From: Elusimicrobiota bacterium
GTDB taxonomy: Bacteria > Elusimicrobiota > Elusimicrobia > F11
DNA length: 64,000 nucleotides
Reading direction: 5' to 3'
NCBI GenBank assembly: GCA_044221725.1
Contig: JBGAON010000001.1
Span: forward strand, 672,001 to 736,000
Shown: piece by piece, positions 1 to 10,304 of the stretch
How positions within the stretch are numbered: the stretch's first letter is position 1
How the letters are laid out: each line of letters opens with the position of its first letter
Program-made: the position numbers and the translations under genes
Notes under the pieces: model-generated
What the model was told of the DNA's origin: nothing
Seen by the model: only the letters and a program-made list of their open reading frames with translations
Databases searched by the model: none

Positions 1-728
1 GCAAGGTCGCGGTTGAGATGGTTGAGAACGCGAAAGGAAAGAAGAGCAAACACGCTTCCATCACACTGAAAGATTTAAGCCACTATCTTGGCGCGCCCGA
101 GTTTATCCGTGAAAAAATCACGGTCAACTCCGTTGGTATTTCAACGGGACTCGCGTGGACCGATCACGGCGGCGAAACGCTGACGATTGAGGTCACCACG
201 ATGCCGGGCCAAGGGAAAGTGATGCTGACCGGTAAACTCGGCAACGTGATGCAAGAATCGGCACAAGCGGCATTGTCTTTGGTGAAATCCCGCTCCGAAA
301 AGTTGGGTCTGCGCACAAAGTCTTTCAACAAAACAGATTTGCACGTGCACATTCCCGAGGGGGCGGTTCCAAAAGATGGACCGTCGGCCGGTATTGCCAT
401 GGCAACGGCGATTGTCTCCGCGCTGAGCGGTCGCGCGGTTCGTAAAGATCTGGCGATGACGGGAGAAGTGACGTTGCGCGGTCGCGTCCTGCCGATCGGT
501 GGCCTCAAAGACAAGGTTCTCGCCGCGTATCGCGAAGGAATCAAAGAGGTGTTGTACCCGGTTGGAAACGAAAAAGATTTGCCTGAGATTCCCGAAAACG
601 TTCGTTCCGGAATTAAGTTGGTCCCGGTCGAAACGATTGATGATGTTTTTGCTCGGGCACTGCAAGCAGTCCCACCCAAAACTGTTCTATCATCCAGAAA
701 ACCTGCGCAAATCGCGGGAACCAACTAA
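1..728 (+). CDS. lon: ATP-dependent Lon protease, C-terminal part (5' truncated by window)
   Basis: Lon protease-domain motifs HVHIPEGAVPKDGPSAG (catalytic Ser) and AMTGEVTLRGRVLPIGGLKDK (catalytic Lys); frame open to window start. Confidence 0.97.
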   Translation, partial: KVAVEMVENAKGKKSKHASITLKDLSHYLGAPEFIREKITVNSVGISTGLAWTDHGGETLTIEVTTMPGQGKVMLTGKLGNVMQESAQAALSLVKSRSEKLGLRTKSFNKTDLHVHIPEGAVPKDGPSAGIAMATAIVSALSGRAVRKDLAMTGEVTLRGRVLPIGGLKDKVLAAYREGIKEVLYPVGNEKDLPEIPENVRSGIKLVPVETIDDVFARALQAVPPKTVLSSRKPAQIAGTN

Positions 729-761
729 GCCCACAATAATAAGGAGAAGAGAGAGCCCATC

Positions 762-1895
762 ATGAAGAAATATTATTTGCTTACCCCCGGCCCAACACCC
801 GTTCCGCCCCGCGTGGCCGCGAAATCCGCCGAACCCATTTTGCATCACCGCACCAAAGAATTTCAGAACGTGTTCGCAGCGGTTCAAGAAGGCCTCAAGT
901 ATGTTTTCCGCACGAAGAACGACATTCTCATGATCAATGGCTCGGGCACGGGCGCCATGGAAGCCGCGGTGCAGAACACGCTTTCTCCGGGCGATGAAGT
1001 CATCGTGGCTTCGGTTGGCTCGTTCGGCGAACGTTGGATTAAAATTTGCGAAGCATTCGGTATCAAAGTTCACGCGGTGCGCGAAGAATGGGGCAAGCCG
1101 GTTGATCCGGCGAAAGTGGAAGCGGCGCTCAAAGAATTTCCAAAAGCGAAAGCGGTGTTTACGCAACACACCGAAACGTCCGCGGGCACGGTGAACGATT
1201 TGCCGGCCATTGCGAAAATTGTTGCGAAGACACCAGCGATTTTTGTGGTGGACGCGATTTCCGGACTCGGCGGCGAAGAACTTCACATGGACGACTGGGG
1301 CTTGGACGTGGTGGTGTCTGGCTCTCAGAAAGGTCTTATGACGGCGCCGGGCCTCGCAATGGCGTCTCTCTCCGAGAAGGCATGGAAGCATGTTGAAGCA
1401 TCGAAGTGCCCGAAATTTTATTCCGATTTCAAAACGATCCGGAAATCCATCAAAGAAAACGAAACACCGTGGACGCCGGCCGTGTCGCTTTTCTGTGGCA
1501 TGAACGAAGCGATCAAAATGATTCAAGAAGAAACGATTGAGAAAGTGTGGGAGCGCCACAAGAAACTCATGCGCGTCACGCAAGCGGGTATTAGAGCGCT
1601 TGGCTTTCCGTTGTTCTCCTCTCGTCCGTGCGCCGTCCTCACCTCCGCCAAGTTGCCAGAGGGTTTCGACGGTAATCTTTTGATAAAGAAAATGCTTTCC
1701 GATCAAGGTGTCTCGATTGCGGGTGGCCAAGACCATCTCAAAGGAAAAATTTTCCGTCTCGCGCACATGGGTTATATGGACAGCTTCGACACGATCATCG
1801 GTCTCACGGCGCTCGAGAACACATTGACAGATATGGGTTACAAAGTGCCCGAGCCAGGGAAAGCCGCGAAAGCCGCCGAAGCGGCGTTGGTGTAA
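762..1895 (+). CDS. Class V PLP-dependent aminotransferase (alanine-glyoxylate/serine-pyruvate family), probably acting in serine biosynthesis with serA
   Basis: LLTPGPTP start, GSGTGAMEAA, HTETSAG, VDAIS, GSQKGLM (PLP Lys), FRLAHMG; adjacent to serA. Confidence 0.92.
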   Translation: MKKYYLLTPGPTPVPPRVAAKSAEPILHHRTKEFQNVFAAVQEGLKYVFRTKNDILMINGSGTGAMEAAVQNTLSPGDEVIVASVGSFGERWIKICEAFGIKVHAVREEWGKPVDPAKVEAALKEFPKAKAVFTQHTETSAGTVNDLPAIAKIVAKTPAIFVVDAISGLGGEELHMDDWGLDVVVSGSQKGLMTAPGLAMASLSEKAWKHVEASKCPKFYSDFKTIRKSIKENETPWTPAVSLFCGMNEAIKMIQEETIEKVWERHKKLMRVTQAGIRALGFPLFSSRPCAVLTSAKLPEGFDGNLLIKKMLSDQGVSIAGGQDHLKGKIFRLAHMGYMDSFDTIIGLTALENTLTDMGYKVPEPGKAAKAAEAALV

Positions 1896-1900
1896 CGGCC

Positions 1901-3472
1901 ATGGTTAAAGTTCTCGTTTCTGATCCAATCGAAAAAGAAGGGCTTTCGCCCCTTTTGTCGAATGCAAAGTTCGAGGTTGTGATAAAGACAGGTCTTAAGC
2001 CCGAAGAATTGTTGCGCGAAGTGGGAAGCGCCGACGTTTTGCTCGTGCGCTCCGAAACAAAAGTGACGCCCACCGTTCTTGAGTCGGGAAAACATCTCAA
2101 ACTCGTTGGTCGTGCCGGTGTTGGCGTCGATAACATCGATTTGGCCGCGGCGTCCAAGCAGGGCGTGATCGTGATGAACGTGCCCGGCGGAAACACGGTT
2201 TCGGCCGCTGAGCACACGGTGAGCTTGCTGATGGCGCTTGCGCACAACATCGCGCCGGCCGATGCGAGCATGAAAGCCGGAAAATGGGACCGCAAAAAGT
2301 TTATGGGATCCGAACTCGTTGGCAAAAAGCTGGGACTTATTGGACTCGGCCGCGTGGGTCGCGAAGTGGCGACACGCGCGATTGGTCTTGAAATGCAAGT
2401 GATTGCTCACGACCCCATGGCCGACCCAGAATGGTGCCGGCTCGTCGGTATTCGTCTTTGCTCGGTTGATGAAGTGATTCGAGAGTCGGATTTTATTTCG
2501 ACGCATGTTCCGCTTACCGATGCCACGAAACACATGATCAATGCCGACACCATTGCGAAAATGAAACAAGGCGTCCGTATCATTAATTGCGCGCGCGGTG
2601 GGGTGATCGACGAAAAAGCGTTGTTGAACGCGCTTAATTCCGGCCATGTGAAAGGTGCAGCGCTCGACGTTTTTGAGTCCGAACCGCCAACCTATTGGGA
2701 TATTGCGAAACATCCGAACGTGATTGCGACACCCCATTTGGGCGCCTCCACCGAAGAGGCACAATCCAAAGTGGCCGTGCAGTTGGCGGAAGCGGTCGTC
2801 GAATATTTTGAGAAAGGCACACCAAGAAATGCGCTCAATTTGCCTGCGGGTCTTCCGCCGGAAGTGAAGCCGTATTCGGTTCTCGCGAACCGGCTTGGTC
2901 GCTTCATCGCGCAGATTGTCGATGGGCCCATCAAGAAGGTGACGATCACGGGCGCCGGAACACTTTCTCGCATCAACCTTTCGCCGCTCACATCCGAAGC
3001 GGTGGCTGGAATTCTTTCGGCGCGTACCTCGGGAATTTCCCCGGTAAACGCGCTGGCCAAAGCGAAAGATTTCAATTTGGCGATCGCTGAAGTGGCGCAA
3101 CCGGATTCGAAAGAATACACGGGACTGCTCACGCTCGAGATTGAAACAGGTCGCACGCGTCGCCGGGTGGCGGGCTCGATTTTCCGCACGGATCAACCGC
3201 ATCTTGTTGAAATCGATGATCTCACGCTCGATATTGTGCCCGAAGGTCACATGATTGTACTGACCAACGTGGACCGTCCGGGTGTTGTTGGATTCATCGG
3301 GACGATTCTCGGTGCATCGAACATCAACATCGCGGGTTACGAAGTGGGGCGACGCGCGGCCGGTGGGGAAGCGGTGAGTATTCTTACCGTCGACACACAC
3401 GTGCCCGAAAATGTGCTCGAAGCCATTCGCACGAACGCATCGATCCTCGATGTACGGCTCGTAAAAATCTAA
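1901..3472 (+). CDS. serA: D-3-phosphoglycerate dehydrogenase (type I, with ASB and ACT domains)
   Basis: GRAGVGVDNID, GLGRVG NAD motif, INCARGG, TPHLGASTEEAQ, C-terminal NVDRPGVVG ACT domain. Confidence 0.96.
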   Translation: MVKVLVSDPIEKEGLSPLLSNAKFEVVIKTGLKPEELLREVGSADVLLVRSETKVTPTVLESGKHLKLVGRAGVGVDNIDLAAASKQGVIVMNVPGGNTVSAAEHTVSLLMALAHNIAPADASMKAGKWDRKKFMGSELVGKKLGLIGLGRVGREVATRAIGLEMQVIAHDPMADPEWCRLVGIRLCSVDEVIRESDFISTHVPLTDATKHMINADTIAKMKQGVRIINCARGGVIDEKALLNALNSGHVKGAALDVFESEPPTYWDIAKHPNVIATPHLGASTEEAQSKVAVQLAEAVVEYFEKGTPRNALNLPAGLPPEVKPYSVLANRLGRFIAQIVDGPIKKVTITGAGTLSRINLSPLTSEAVAGILSARTSGISPVNALAKAKDFNLAIAEVAQPDSKEYTGLLTLEIETGRTRRRVAGSIFRTDQPHLVEIDDLTLDIVPEGHMIVLTNVDRPGVVGFIGTILGASNINIAGYEVGRRAAGGEAVSILTVDTHVPENVLEAIRTNASILDVRLVKI

Positions 3473-3493
3473 AAAAGTTCTCTCCTTATTATT

Positions 3494-3531
3494 AACGCCG
3501 GCGAAGAAAAGTCTTCGCCGGCGTTTTTTTT
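3494..3531 (+). terminator. Rho-independent terminator after serA
   Basis: aacgccggcgaaga-aaag-tcttcgccggcgtt hairpin followed by T-run. Confidence 0.9.
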
Positions 3532-3615
3532 CGCTTCGAACTTCATCGTTCAAACGTCGTATCTCAAGTAAGTCAAGACAGAGAAAGGATTTTTGAGCGA
3601 TGTTGCTCGTTCGCT

Positions 3616-4707
3616 ATGTTCAGTTTTCGTGGTTCCATCTTACCGACGCATCGAATTAAGTCCGTCGCCATTTTTCGGGCGCTCCAGCTGGGTGATATGT
3701 TGTGTGCGGTTCCTGCTATTCGCGCTTTCCGCAACGCAATTCCCGACGGCACATTTACGCTTGTGGGTTTGCCATGGGCACGCGAATTCGTGCGACGTTT
3801 TCCCAATTTGTTCGACGCGTTTGTGGAATTTCCAGGTTATCCGGGTTTGCCCGAGCGCGTGGCCGACACGAAAGTGTTTCCAGATTTTGTCTCCGACATG
3901 AAAAGCCGTCGCTTTGATTTGGCTGTGCAACTTCATGGCAGCGGTCCGATTGTAAATCCGATCGTTTCAGCGTTTGAGGCACGTTACGTTGCTGGATTTT
4001 TTCGCGACCAATGCGACAAGCCATCCACCGGAGCGTTTGTGCGGTTTCCCGAGACGGGACACGAGATCGAGCGATTGCTCCATCTGCCCACCGAGCTCGG
4101 GTTGTTGTCGGATGGCACCGACCTGGAGTTCCCCGTCGGCACCCAAGACCGCGAAGAAGCCGCCCGGTTAATGAACGAAAATGATTTGAAAACGAAACGC
4201 TTTGTTTGTGTGCACGCCGGTGCCCGCCTTCGGTCGCGGCGTTGGTCGGCGAAAAATTTTGCACAGGTGGCCGACCGTATCCGCCAGATGGGCTTGTCCA
4301 TCGCTCTCACCGGCTCCGCAGCGGAATGCGATGTTGTCGATGCGGTACAAAATCAAATGAGCACCGACGCGATAAATTTGTGCGGAGAAACGTCCGTTGG
4401 TGCGTTGGCCGTGCTGTTGAAACATTCCGTTGGCTTGATTTCAAACGATACAGGCGTTTCTCATATCGCTTCCGCTTTAAAGGTGCCGAGCGTGGTTGTT
4501 TGCTTGGGGTCCGATCCGAAAAGATGGGCTCCGCTCAATCATGATCGGCACCGAACGGTTTACGCAGAGGTGGCGTGTCGGCCTTGCGCGTACGATGAAT
4601 GTCCGATCGAACACGCGTGCGCGGTTCCGGTTCTGCCCGAACAAATCGTGCGCGAATTTGTGAATCTGCTCGCGACCGAGTCGATCGCCGTCGGGGGCGT
4701 ATCTTGA
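3616..4707 (+). CDS. Glycosyltransferase family 9 (ADP-heptose heptosyltransferase-like)
   Basis: RALQLGDMLCAVPA, HAGARLRSRRW, ISNDTGVSHIASAL GT9 motifs. Confidence 0.9.
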   Translation: MFSFRGSILPTHRIKSVAIFRALQLGDMLCAVPAIRAFRNAIPDGTFTLVGLPWAREFVRRFPNLFDAFVEFPGYPGLPERVADTKVFPDFVSDMKSRRFDLAVQLHGSGPIVNPIVSAFEARYVAGFFRDQCDKPSTGAFVRFPETGHEIERLLHLPTELGLLSDGTDLEFPVGTQDREEAARLMNENDLKTKRFVCVHAGARLRSRRWSAKNFAQVADRIRQMGLSIALTGSAAECDVVDAVQNQMSTDAINLCGETSVGALAVLLKHSVGLISNDTGVSHIASALKVPSVVVCLGSDPKRWAPLNHDRHRTVYAEVACRPCAYDECPIEHACAVPVLPEQIVREFVNLLATESIAVGGVS

Positions 4708-5690
4708 AACCGTTGCGGATTCTCATTTGGCATGTGCATGGAAGCTATCTTTATTATCTGACGTCTCGGTCGCAACACGATTTTTACTTGCCGTCCAAGC
4801 CGGACCGGAAGAGCGATTACAGTGGCAAATGGGGACATTTGCCGTGGGGCGAAAATGTTCACGACGTCCCCATTAATGAGGTCAAGAATTTGGATTTGGA
4901 CGCCGTTATCTTCCAGTTGCCCAGCGAATACTTAAACGACCAATACGATATTCTTTCTCCGGCGCAACGACGCCTTCCTAAGATTTATCTCGAACACGAA
5001 GCGCCGCAAGAAAAACCAGCGGATTCCGTTCACTTCATCGATGATCCGAACACGTTGATCGTGCACGTTACCCCCTTCAACAAGTTGATGTGGAATACGC
5101 GGCGGACGCCGAGCATCGTTATCGAGCATGGGGTGATGGTGCCCGAGTCCGCCCGTTACACGGGCGAATTTGATCGCGGGCTCGTTGTAATCAACCACCT
5201 GGCTGAGCGCGGTCGCCGATTGGGCGCGGATGTTTATCTCGAGGCGGCCAAGCAGCTTCCATTGGATCTTGTGGGATTGGAGTCCGAGAAATTGTTGAAC
5301 GGTCGCGGCGAAATCCTGCACGGTCAATTGCCCGATTTTGAAAAGCGTTACCGATTTCTTTTTACTCCGATCCGTTACGGAAGTTTGGCGCTTGGTGTGG
5401 TTGAGGCGATGATGATTGGTTTGCCCGTCGTCGGATTGGCAACGACCGAAATGGCAACCGTCATCGAAAATGGGGTGTCCGGGTACGTCGACACGCGTGT
5501 TGAAAACCTTGTGACGGGAATGAAAATTCTTTTGAAAGACACCGCACTCGCGTTTGAGATGGGCCAACAAGCCAGACGCACGGCCGAAAAGCGTTTCCAT
5601 ATCAATCGCTTCACATCCGATTGGGATAACGCGCTTGATTTGGTTTGTGGTCGTTCATCAACGCGGAGTCTCGTGGAGGTGGAGGCATGA
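4704..5690 (+). CDS. Glycosyltransferase, GT-B/family 4-like
   Basis: TTG start overlapping upstream stop; WHVHGSYL N-terminus; SLALGVVEAMMIGLPVV GT-B motif. Confidence 0.85.
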   Translation: MKPLRILIWHVHGSYLYYLTSRSQHDFYLPSKPDRKSDYSGKWGHLPWGENVHDVPINEVKNLDLDAVIFQLPSEYLNDQYDILSPAQRRLPKIYLEHEAPQEKPADSVHFIDDPNTLIVHVTPFNKLMWNTRRTPSIVIEHGVMVPESARYTGEFDRGLVVINHLAERGRRLGADVYLEAAKQLPLDLVGLESEKLLNGRGEILHGQLPDFEKRYRFLFTPIRYGSLALGVVEAMMIGLPVVGLATTEMATVIENGVSGYVDTRVENLVTGMKILLKDTALAFEMGQQARRTAEKRFHINRFTSDWDNALDLVCGRSSTRSLVEVEA

Positions 5691-6952
5691 AGATGCGTGT
5701 GGCAATCATCAGCGATCACGCGTCGCCGTTAGCGACGCTCGGAGGGGTCGATGCGGGCGGCCAGAACATTTATGTGGGGCACGTCGCGAAAAATCTCGTT
5801 GCGATGGGACATGAGGTCGATGTTTTTACACGGCGTGACGGCGATTTGCCGCTGATGGCGTATTTTGATGGCGTGCGTGTGATTCATGTGCCGGCGGGTC
5901 CGGCGAGCGCGGTTCGCAAAGAAGACATTTTCCCGTTCCTTAGCGATTTTTGTGCGTTCATGGTGGACTTTATTAACAAGAACGGCCGCTACGACGTGGT
6001 GCATGCAAATTTCTGGATGTCCGGCTATGTGGCCGATCGGTTGAAGCGAATTTTCTCGATTCCGTTCGTGATCACGTTTCATGCGCTGGGCCATATTCGG
6101 CGTATGCATCAACGGTTGGCGGACCGTTTCCCCATCGCTCGAGAAAAAATCGAAGAGCGGCTTGTGCAAGTGGCCGATCGTATCATCGCCGAATGCCCAC
6201 AGGACCGAGAAGACCTTTTGCACTTTTACAAGGCTGATTCGCAGAAAATTTCGGTGGTGCCCTGCGGTTTTGATCCAGCCGAGGTGTCGCCGTTAAACAA
6301 GGGTTTCGCGCGTTTCATTTCCGGTTTTTCTCCAAAAGAAAAAATTTTGTTGCAGTTGGGGCGCATGGTGCCGCGGAAAGGCGTGGACACCGTGATTCGG
6401 ACGCTGGCGCGCGTGCGACACGTTCATAATTTGGCGGTCAAACTGCTCGTTGTGGGCGGGGAGTTTGGTCAGCCCGACGAGCGTGCCGAGATGGAACGCC
6501 TGAAACAAATCGCACAAAATGAAAATGTAAGCGAGCATGTGGTTTTTCGTGGCAAATGCGACCGATCCGAACTTCAAACGTTTTATAGTGCGGCGGATTT
6601 GTTTTTAACCTTGCCGTGGTACGAACCGTTCGGAATCACGCCGCTCGAGGCCATGGCGTGCGGCACGCCCGTTATCGGTTCAAACGTTGGTGGTATTAAG
6701 TTTTCGGTCGTCGATGGTCAAACGGGATACCTCGTGCCGGCCAAAGATCCCGATGCGGCCGCAACGTGCGTGGCCGCTTTTTACGCGCGCCCAGAGTTGG
6801 CACGGAAGTTTGGTCGTCAAGCCATTGACCGTGTGAACAAATTGTTCACATGGTCGTCGGTATCGCAGAGCATAGAGAATATTTACGACATGGTTCTTGG
6901 TCGCGTGCAACAGAAGTCGATCGGTGAGCGGCGTCGCGCGGCGCGACTATGA
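5687..6952 (+). CDS. Glycosyltransferase family 4 (MshA-like)
   Basis: GGAGG RBS; HASPLATLGGVDAGGQNIYV, GRMVPRKG, EPFGITPLEAMACG. Confidence 0.9.
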   Translation: MKMRVAIISDHASPLATLGGVDAGGQNIYVGHVAKNLVAMGHEVDVFTRRDGDLPLMAYFDGVRVIHVPAGPASAVRKEDIFPFLSDFCAFMVDFINKNGRYDVVHANFWMSGYVADRLKRIFSIPFVITFHALGHIRRMHQRLADRFPIAREKIEERLVQVADRIIAECPQDREDLLHFYKADSQKISVVPCGFDPAEVSPLNKGFARFISGFSPKEKILLQLGRMVPRKGVDTVIRTLARVRHVHNLAVKLLVVGGEFGQPDERAEMERLKQIAQNENVSEHVVFRGKCDRSELQTFYSAADLFLTLPWYEPFGITPLEAMACGTPVIGSNVGGIKFSVVDGQTGYLVPAKDPDAAATCVAAFYARPELARKFGRQAIDRVNKLFTWSSVSQSIENIYDMVLGRVQQKSIGERRRAARL

Positions 6953-7509
6953 ACCGGTCCATTTTCGTGGATAAAGACGGAACGCTCGTCGTTGATGCGC
7001 CCAAAAAACACCCGCTTGAGTTTTCGTTTATGCCGGGCGCCATTGAGGCGATGCAGCGCTTTTCTGAAAAGCAGTTCAAGCTGGTTGTCGTTACGAATCA
7101 AGGCGCTGTGGCCCACGGACGGATTTCCGAGACGACGTTAATGGCGCTTCGGCAACGGCTCGCCGACGTTTTCCTGTCTCATGGCGTTACGCTGGACGGA
7201 TTTTATTATTGTCCCCACGATCCAAACGGCAGTGTTTCGGCGTACGCGATAACGTGCGATTGCCGAAAACCGCGTGCGGGTTTATTTTTTCGGGCCGCGC
7301 ACGATTTGGATATCGACCTTTCTCGGTCGTGGTTTATCGGCGATATTTTGAACGACGTCGAAGCGGGGCGCTCCGCCGGTTGTCGCACGGTGTTTTTAAA
7401 TACAGGAAATGAAACCGAATGGATTTCGTCACCGTTGCGAGTGCCCACGTGCGAAGTGTCGTCCTGGCCTCAGGCGGCCGATGCGATTCTGGGGTGCGAA
7501 CGTGGATAA
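6949..7509 (+). CDS. gmhB: HAD-IIIA phosphatase, D-glycero-D-manno-heptose-1,7-bisphosphate phosphatase-like
   Basis: DKDGTL, VTNQG, CPH...CDCRKP Zn motif, FIGDILND. Confidence 0.8.
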   Translation: MNRSIFVDKDGTLVVDAPKKHPLEFSFMPGAIEAMQRFSEKQFKLVVVTNQGAVAHGRISETTLMALRQRLADVFLSHGVTLDGFYYCPHDPNGSVSAYAITCDCRKPRAGLFFRAAHDLDIDLSRSWFIGDILNDVEAGRSAGCRTVFLNTGNETEWISSPLRVPTCEVSSWPQAADAILGCERG

Positions 7510-8593
7510 GCACTGGCAGCGGGCTCGAAAAGTCTTGTGCGTTCGCCTCGATAGCATGGGCGATGTTCTCATGACGACGCCGGCAATCCGTGCCGTGAAA
7601 GAAGCGCCGACGCAACCGAAAATTACCCTGCTCACGTCGTCGGCGGGCGCCGAGGTTGGAAAATTGATTCCCGAAGTTGATGATGTCCTGGTTTATGATG
7701 CGCCGTGGGTGAAGTCAACCCCGGCACGGCAAACCGCTGCAAAAGATTGGGTTCAAGCCAGTTATCTGCGCGACCATGGCTTCGACGCCGCGATAATTTT
7801 CTGCGTGTTCAGTCAGAATCCGTTGCCGGCCGCGCTCCTGTGTTATTTGGCCGATATCCCCGTACGGCTCGCTCATAGTCGCGAAAATCCCTATCAGCTT
7901 CTCACGCATTGGGTGCCCGATCCGGAGCCCGCGAAATTTATTCGGCACGAGGTGCAGCGCCATCTGGATCTTGTGAAAACAATCGGATGCGTGCCGTCGC
8001 ACGATCATCTGTCGGTGCGATTTTCGTTGAGCGCCGTCGATTTTGTGGCCCGTGAGCTGGATTCGTACGACGTGCGCGACGATGAAAATATTGTGGTGAT
8101 TCACGCCGGAGCGTCGGCCCCGTCGCGGCGCTATCCACCGGAACGTTTTGCGTGGATCGCGAACCAACTTGCCGTGCGCGAACAATGTCGAATAGTTTTT
8201 ACCGGTTCGAAGCACGAGCTGGCGTTGGTCAATCAAATGTGCGACATGATGAATGGACCAGCCATTTCTTTTGCCGGTGAACTCAACGTTGAACAGTTGG
8301 CCGCGTTGTTGGCACGCGCGTCGCTGCTCATTTCGAACAACACCGGGCCCGCTCATTTAGCGGCCGCGGTTCAAACTCCGATCGTCGAGCTTTACGCGCT
8401 CACAAATCCGCAGCACACGCCTTGGAATGTGAAGAACAGGGTTCTTTTCGCAGATGTTCCGTGCAAATATTGTTACCGCAGCGTTTGCCCCGAAGGGCAC
8501 AACGACTGTCTGAACAAAGTGGATCCCGAAAGTGTTGTGGCCGCTGCGCAGGAGTTACTGAAGGAAGGTCAATATGTATACGCTCGGAATTAA
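7502..8593 (+). CDS. Glycosyltransferase family 9 (WaaF-like heptosyltransferase)
   Basis: RLDSMGDVLMTTPA, HAGASAPSRRY, SNNTGPAHLAAA; GTG start overlapping upstream gene. Confidence 0.88.
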   Translation: MDKHWQRARKVLCVRLDSMGDVLMTTPAIRAVKEAPTQPKITLLTSSAGAEVGKLIPEVDDVLVYDAPWVKSTPARQTAAKDWVQASYLRDHGFDAAIIFCVFSQNPLPAALLCYLADIPVRLAHSRENPYQLLTHWVPDPEPAKFIRHEVQRHLDLVKTIGCVPSHDHLSVRFSLSAVDFVARELDSYDVRDDENIVVIHAGASAPSRRYPPERFAWIANQLAVREQCRIVFTGSKHELALVNQMCDMMNGPAISFAGELNVEQLAALLARASLLISNNTGPAHLAAAVQTPIVELYALTNPQHTPWNVKNRVLFADVPCKYCYRSVCPEGHNDCLNKVDPESVVAAAQELLKEGQYVYARN

Positions 8594-10304
8594 TGCGGTC
8601 TTCCACGATTCGTCTGCGTGTTTGGTTGAAAACGGTCGGGTTCTCGCGGCCGCCGAAGAAGAACGCTTTACGGGCATAAAACACGGAAAACGTCCGATTC
8701 CATTCTCAACGTACGAGCTTCCGTTTAATGCGATCGATTTCTGTTTGAAAACAGCCGGCGTATCTTTGAAGGACATTCATCACGTTGCGTATTCGTTCAA
8801 TCCTTATTTGCTTTTGAATGGCTATTCGGACGCAGCCACCGTGCCAATTCCGCTCGATCTGCGAAGATTTTCCAAGAACGGTTGGGAGAACCCATGGGAT
8901 CCGCTTTTCTTGTCGCTTATTGTGAACGCCCCGGGACAGTTGGCCGACGGGGCGCCCCATCATCTGCGTGAGCGCTTTGCCGGAGTTAAGACCGAGGGAA
9001 CATACCGGTGGCATTTTGTGGATCACCACGTGGCGCACGCGGCGAGTGCTTCGCTGGCCTCGCCTTTCTCTTCGGCGGCGATTCTCACGCTGGACGGGCG
9101 CGGTGAACGAGCGACGACCACGTACAATTTTTCCGATGGCGTCGCCCTGTGCCGCCTCGGAGAAGTGACGATGCCCAATTCGTTGGGCCTTTTGTACGAA
9201 CGGCTCACCACGTATCTCGGATTTTTGCATTCCTCAGACGAATACAAAGTGATGGCTTTGGCCTCCTACGGAAAACCGGTCTACCGTTCCGTTTTTCGTG
9301 ATGCGATACGCTTGAGCGCCAACGCGCAGTACGAGATCGCAAACATCGATTTGGAGCGCGTGTTCGGTCCGGCCCGGGCGCGCGGGGGCGCTTACGAACA
9401 AAAACATTTCGATATCGCGCATTCGCTGCAGGTCGTTCTCGAAGAGACGGTGCTTGATATATCGTCGTGGCTTTTTGAGCAGACACACGTGAAAAATTTG
9501 TGCTTGGCCGGTGGTGTGGCTCTCAACTGCGTGATGAACGCGCGGATTCGGGATCGTGGCAAATTTAAGAATGTGTGGGTTCAACCGGCCGCTGGTGATG
9601 CGGGAACGTCGCTGGGCGCCGCGCTGTGGGTGGATGCGCAGGAACGGAAGCCGGCCAGTCGCGCGTTTCACATGAACCATGCGTACTTTGGTCCGAGTTT
9701 TAGCGATCCGGAAATTGAGGAAACTTTGAAGACGGCCAAGTTGAATTATCGTCGAAGCGCGGATATCGCTGAAGATACCGCCGAATTGCTCGCCGAAAAC
9801 AAAGTTATCGGTTGGTTTCAGGGAAAAATGGAATTTGGTCCGCGCGCGTTGGGCGCGCGGTCGATCATTGCGTCGCCGATCCCCTTGGATATGCAAGCGC
9901 GATTGAACGACATCAAAGACCGTGAAGATTTTCGCCCCGTTGCGCCATCGGTGTTGGAAGAGAAGGCCGGCGATTGGTTTGAGGGCGCGAACGAGTCGCC
10001 GTTCATGCTTTTTGTGTTCGACGTGAAGCGCGAAAAAGCGGACAAAATCCCAGCGGTTCGTCATGTTGACGGCACCGCGCGCGTGCAAACGGTGCGGCGT
10101 GGTCAGAACGCCGTCTATTACGACATGATTCGCGCGTTCGAGCGGCGCACCGGTGTTCCCATTGTCATTAACACGTCGTTCAATACATTGGGTCGACCGA
10201 TTGTTTGCAAGCCGCGCGACGCGCTGGAAAGCTTTTTCACCTCGCCACTCGACGCGTTGGTGATCGGTTCGTTTATTGTCGAAAAAAATCCAACGGTGTC
10301 ATGA
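8574..10304 (+). CDS. O-carbamoyltransferase (NodU/CmcH family)
   Basis: FHDSSACL, AAEEERF, HHVAHAAS, DGRGE, EYKVMALA, AGGVALNC, GPRALGARS, REDFRPVAP, NTSFN. Confidence 0.95.
   Translation: MYTLGINAVFHDSSACLVENGRVLAAAEEERFTGIKHGKRPIPFSTYELPFNAIDFCLKTAGVSLKDIHHVAYSFNPYLLLNGYSDAATVPIPLDLRRFSKNGWENPWDPLFLSLIVNAPGQLADGAPHHLRERFAGVKTEGTYRWHFVDHHVAHAASASLASPFSSAAILTLDGRGERATTTYNFSDGVALCRLGEVTMPNSLGLLYERLTTYLGFLHSSDEYKVMALASYGKPVYRSVFRDAIRLSANAQYEIANIDLERVFGPARARGGAYEQKHFDIAHSLQVVLEETVLDISSWLFEQTHVKNLCLAGGVALNCVMNARIRDRGKFKNVWVQPAAGDAGTSLGAALWVDAQERKPASRAFHMNHAYFGPSFSDPEIEETLKTAKLNYRRSADIAEDTAELLAENKVIGWFQGKMEFGPRALGARSIIASPIPLDMQARLNDIKDREDFRPVAPSVLEEKAGDWFEGANESPFMLFVFDVKREKADKIPAVRHVDGTARVQTVRRGQNAVYYDMIRAFERRTGVPIVINTSFNTLGRPIVCKPRDALESFFTSPLDALVIGSFIVEKNPTVS

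Noticed and set aside
690..3553. Long minus-strand ORFs (358 aa and 571 aa) opposite the aminotransferase and serA
   Set aside because: Antisense shadows of well-conserved GC-rich genes; Arg/His-rich with no motifs. The same applies to most nested ORFs in the track.
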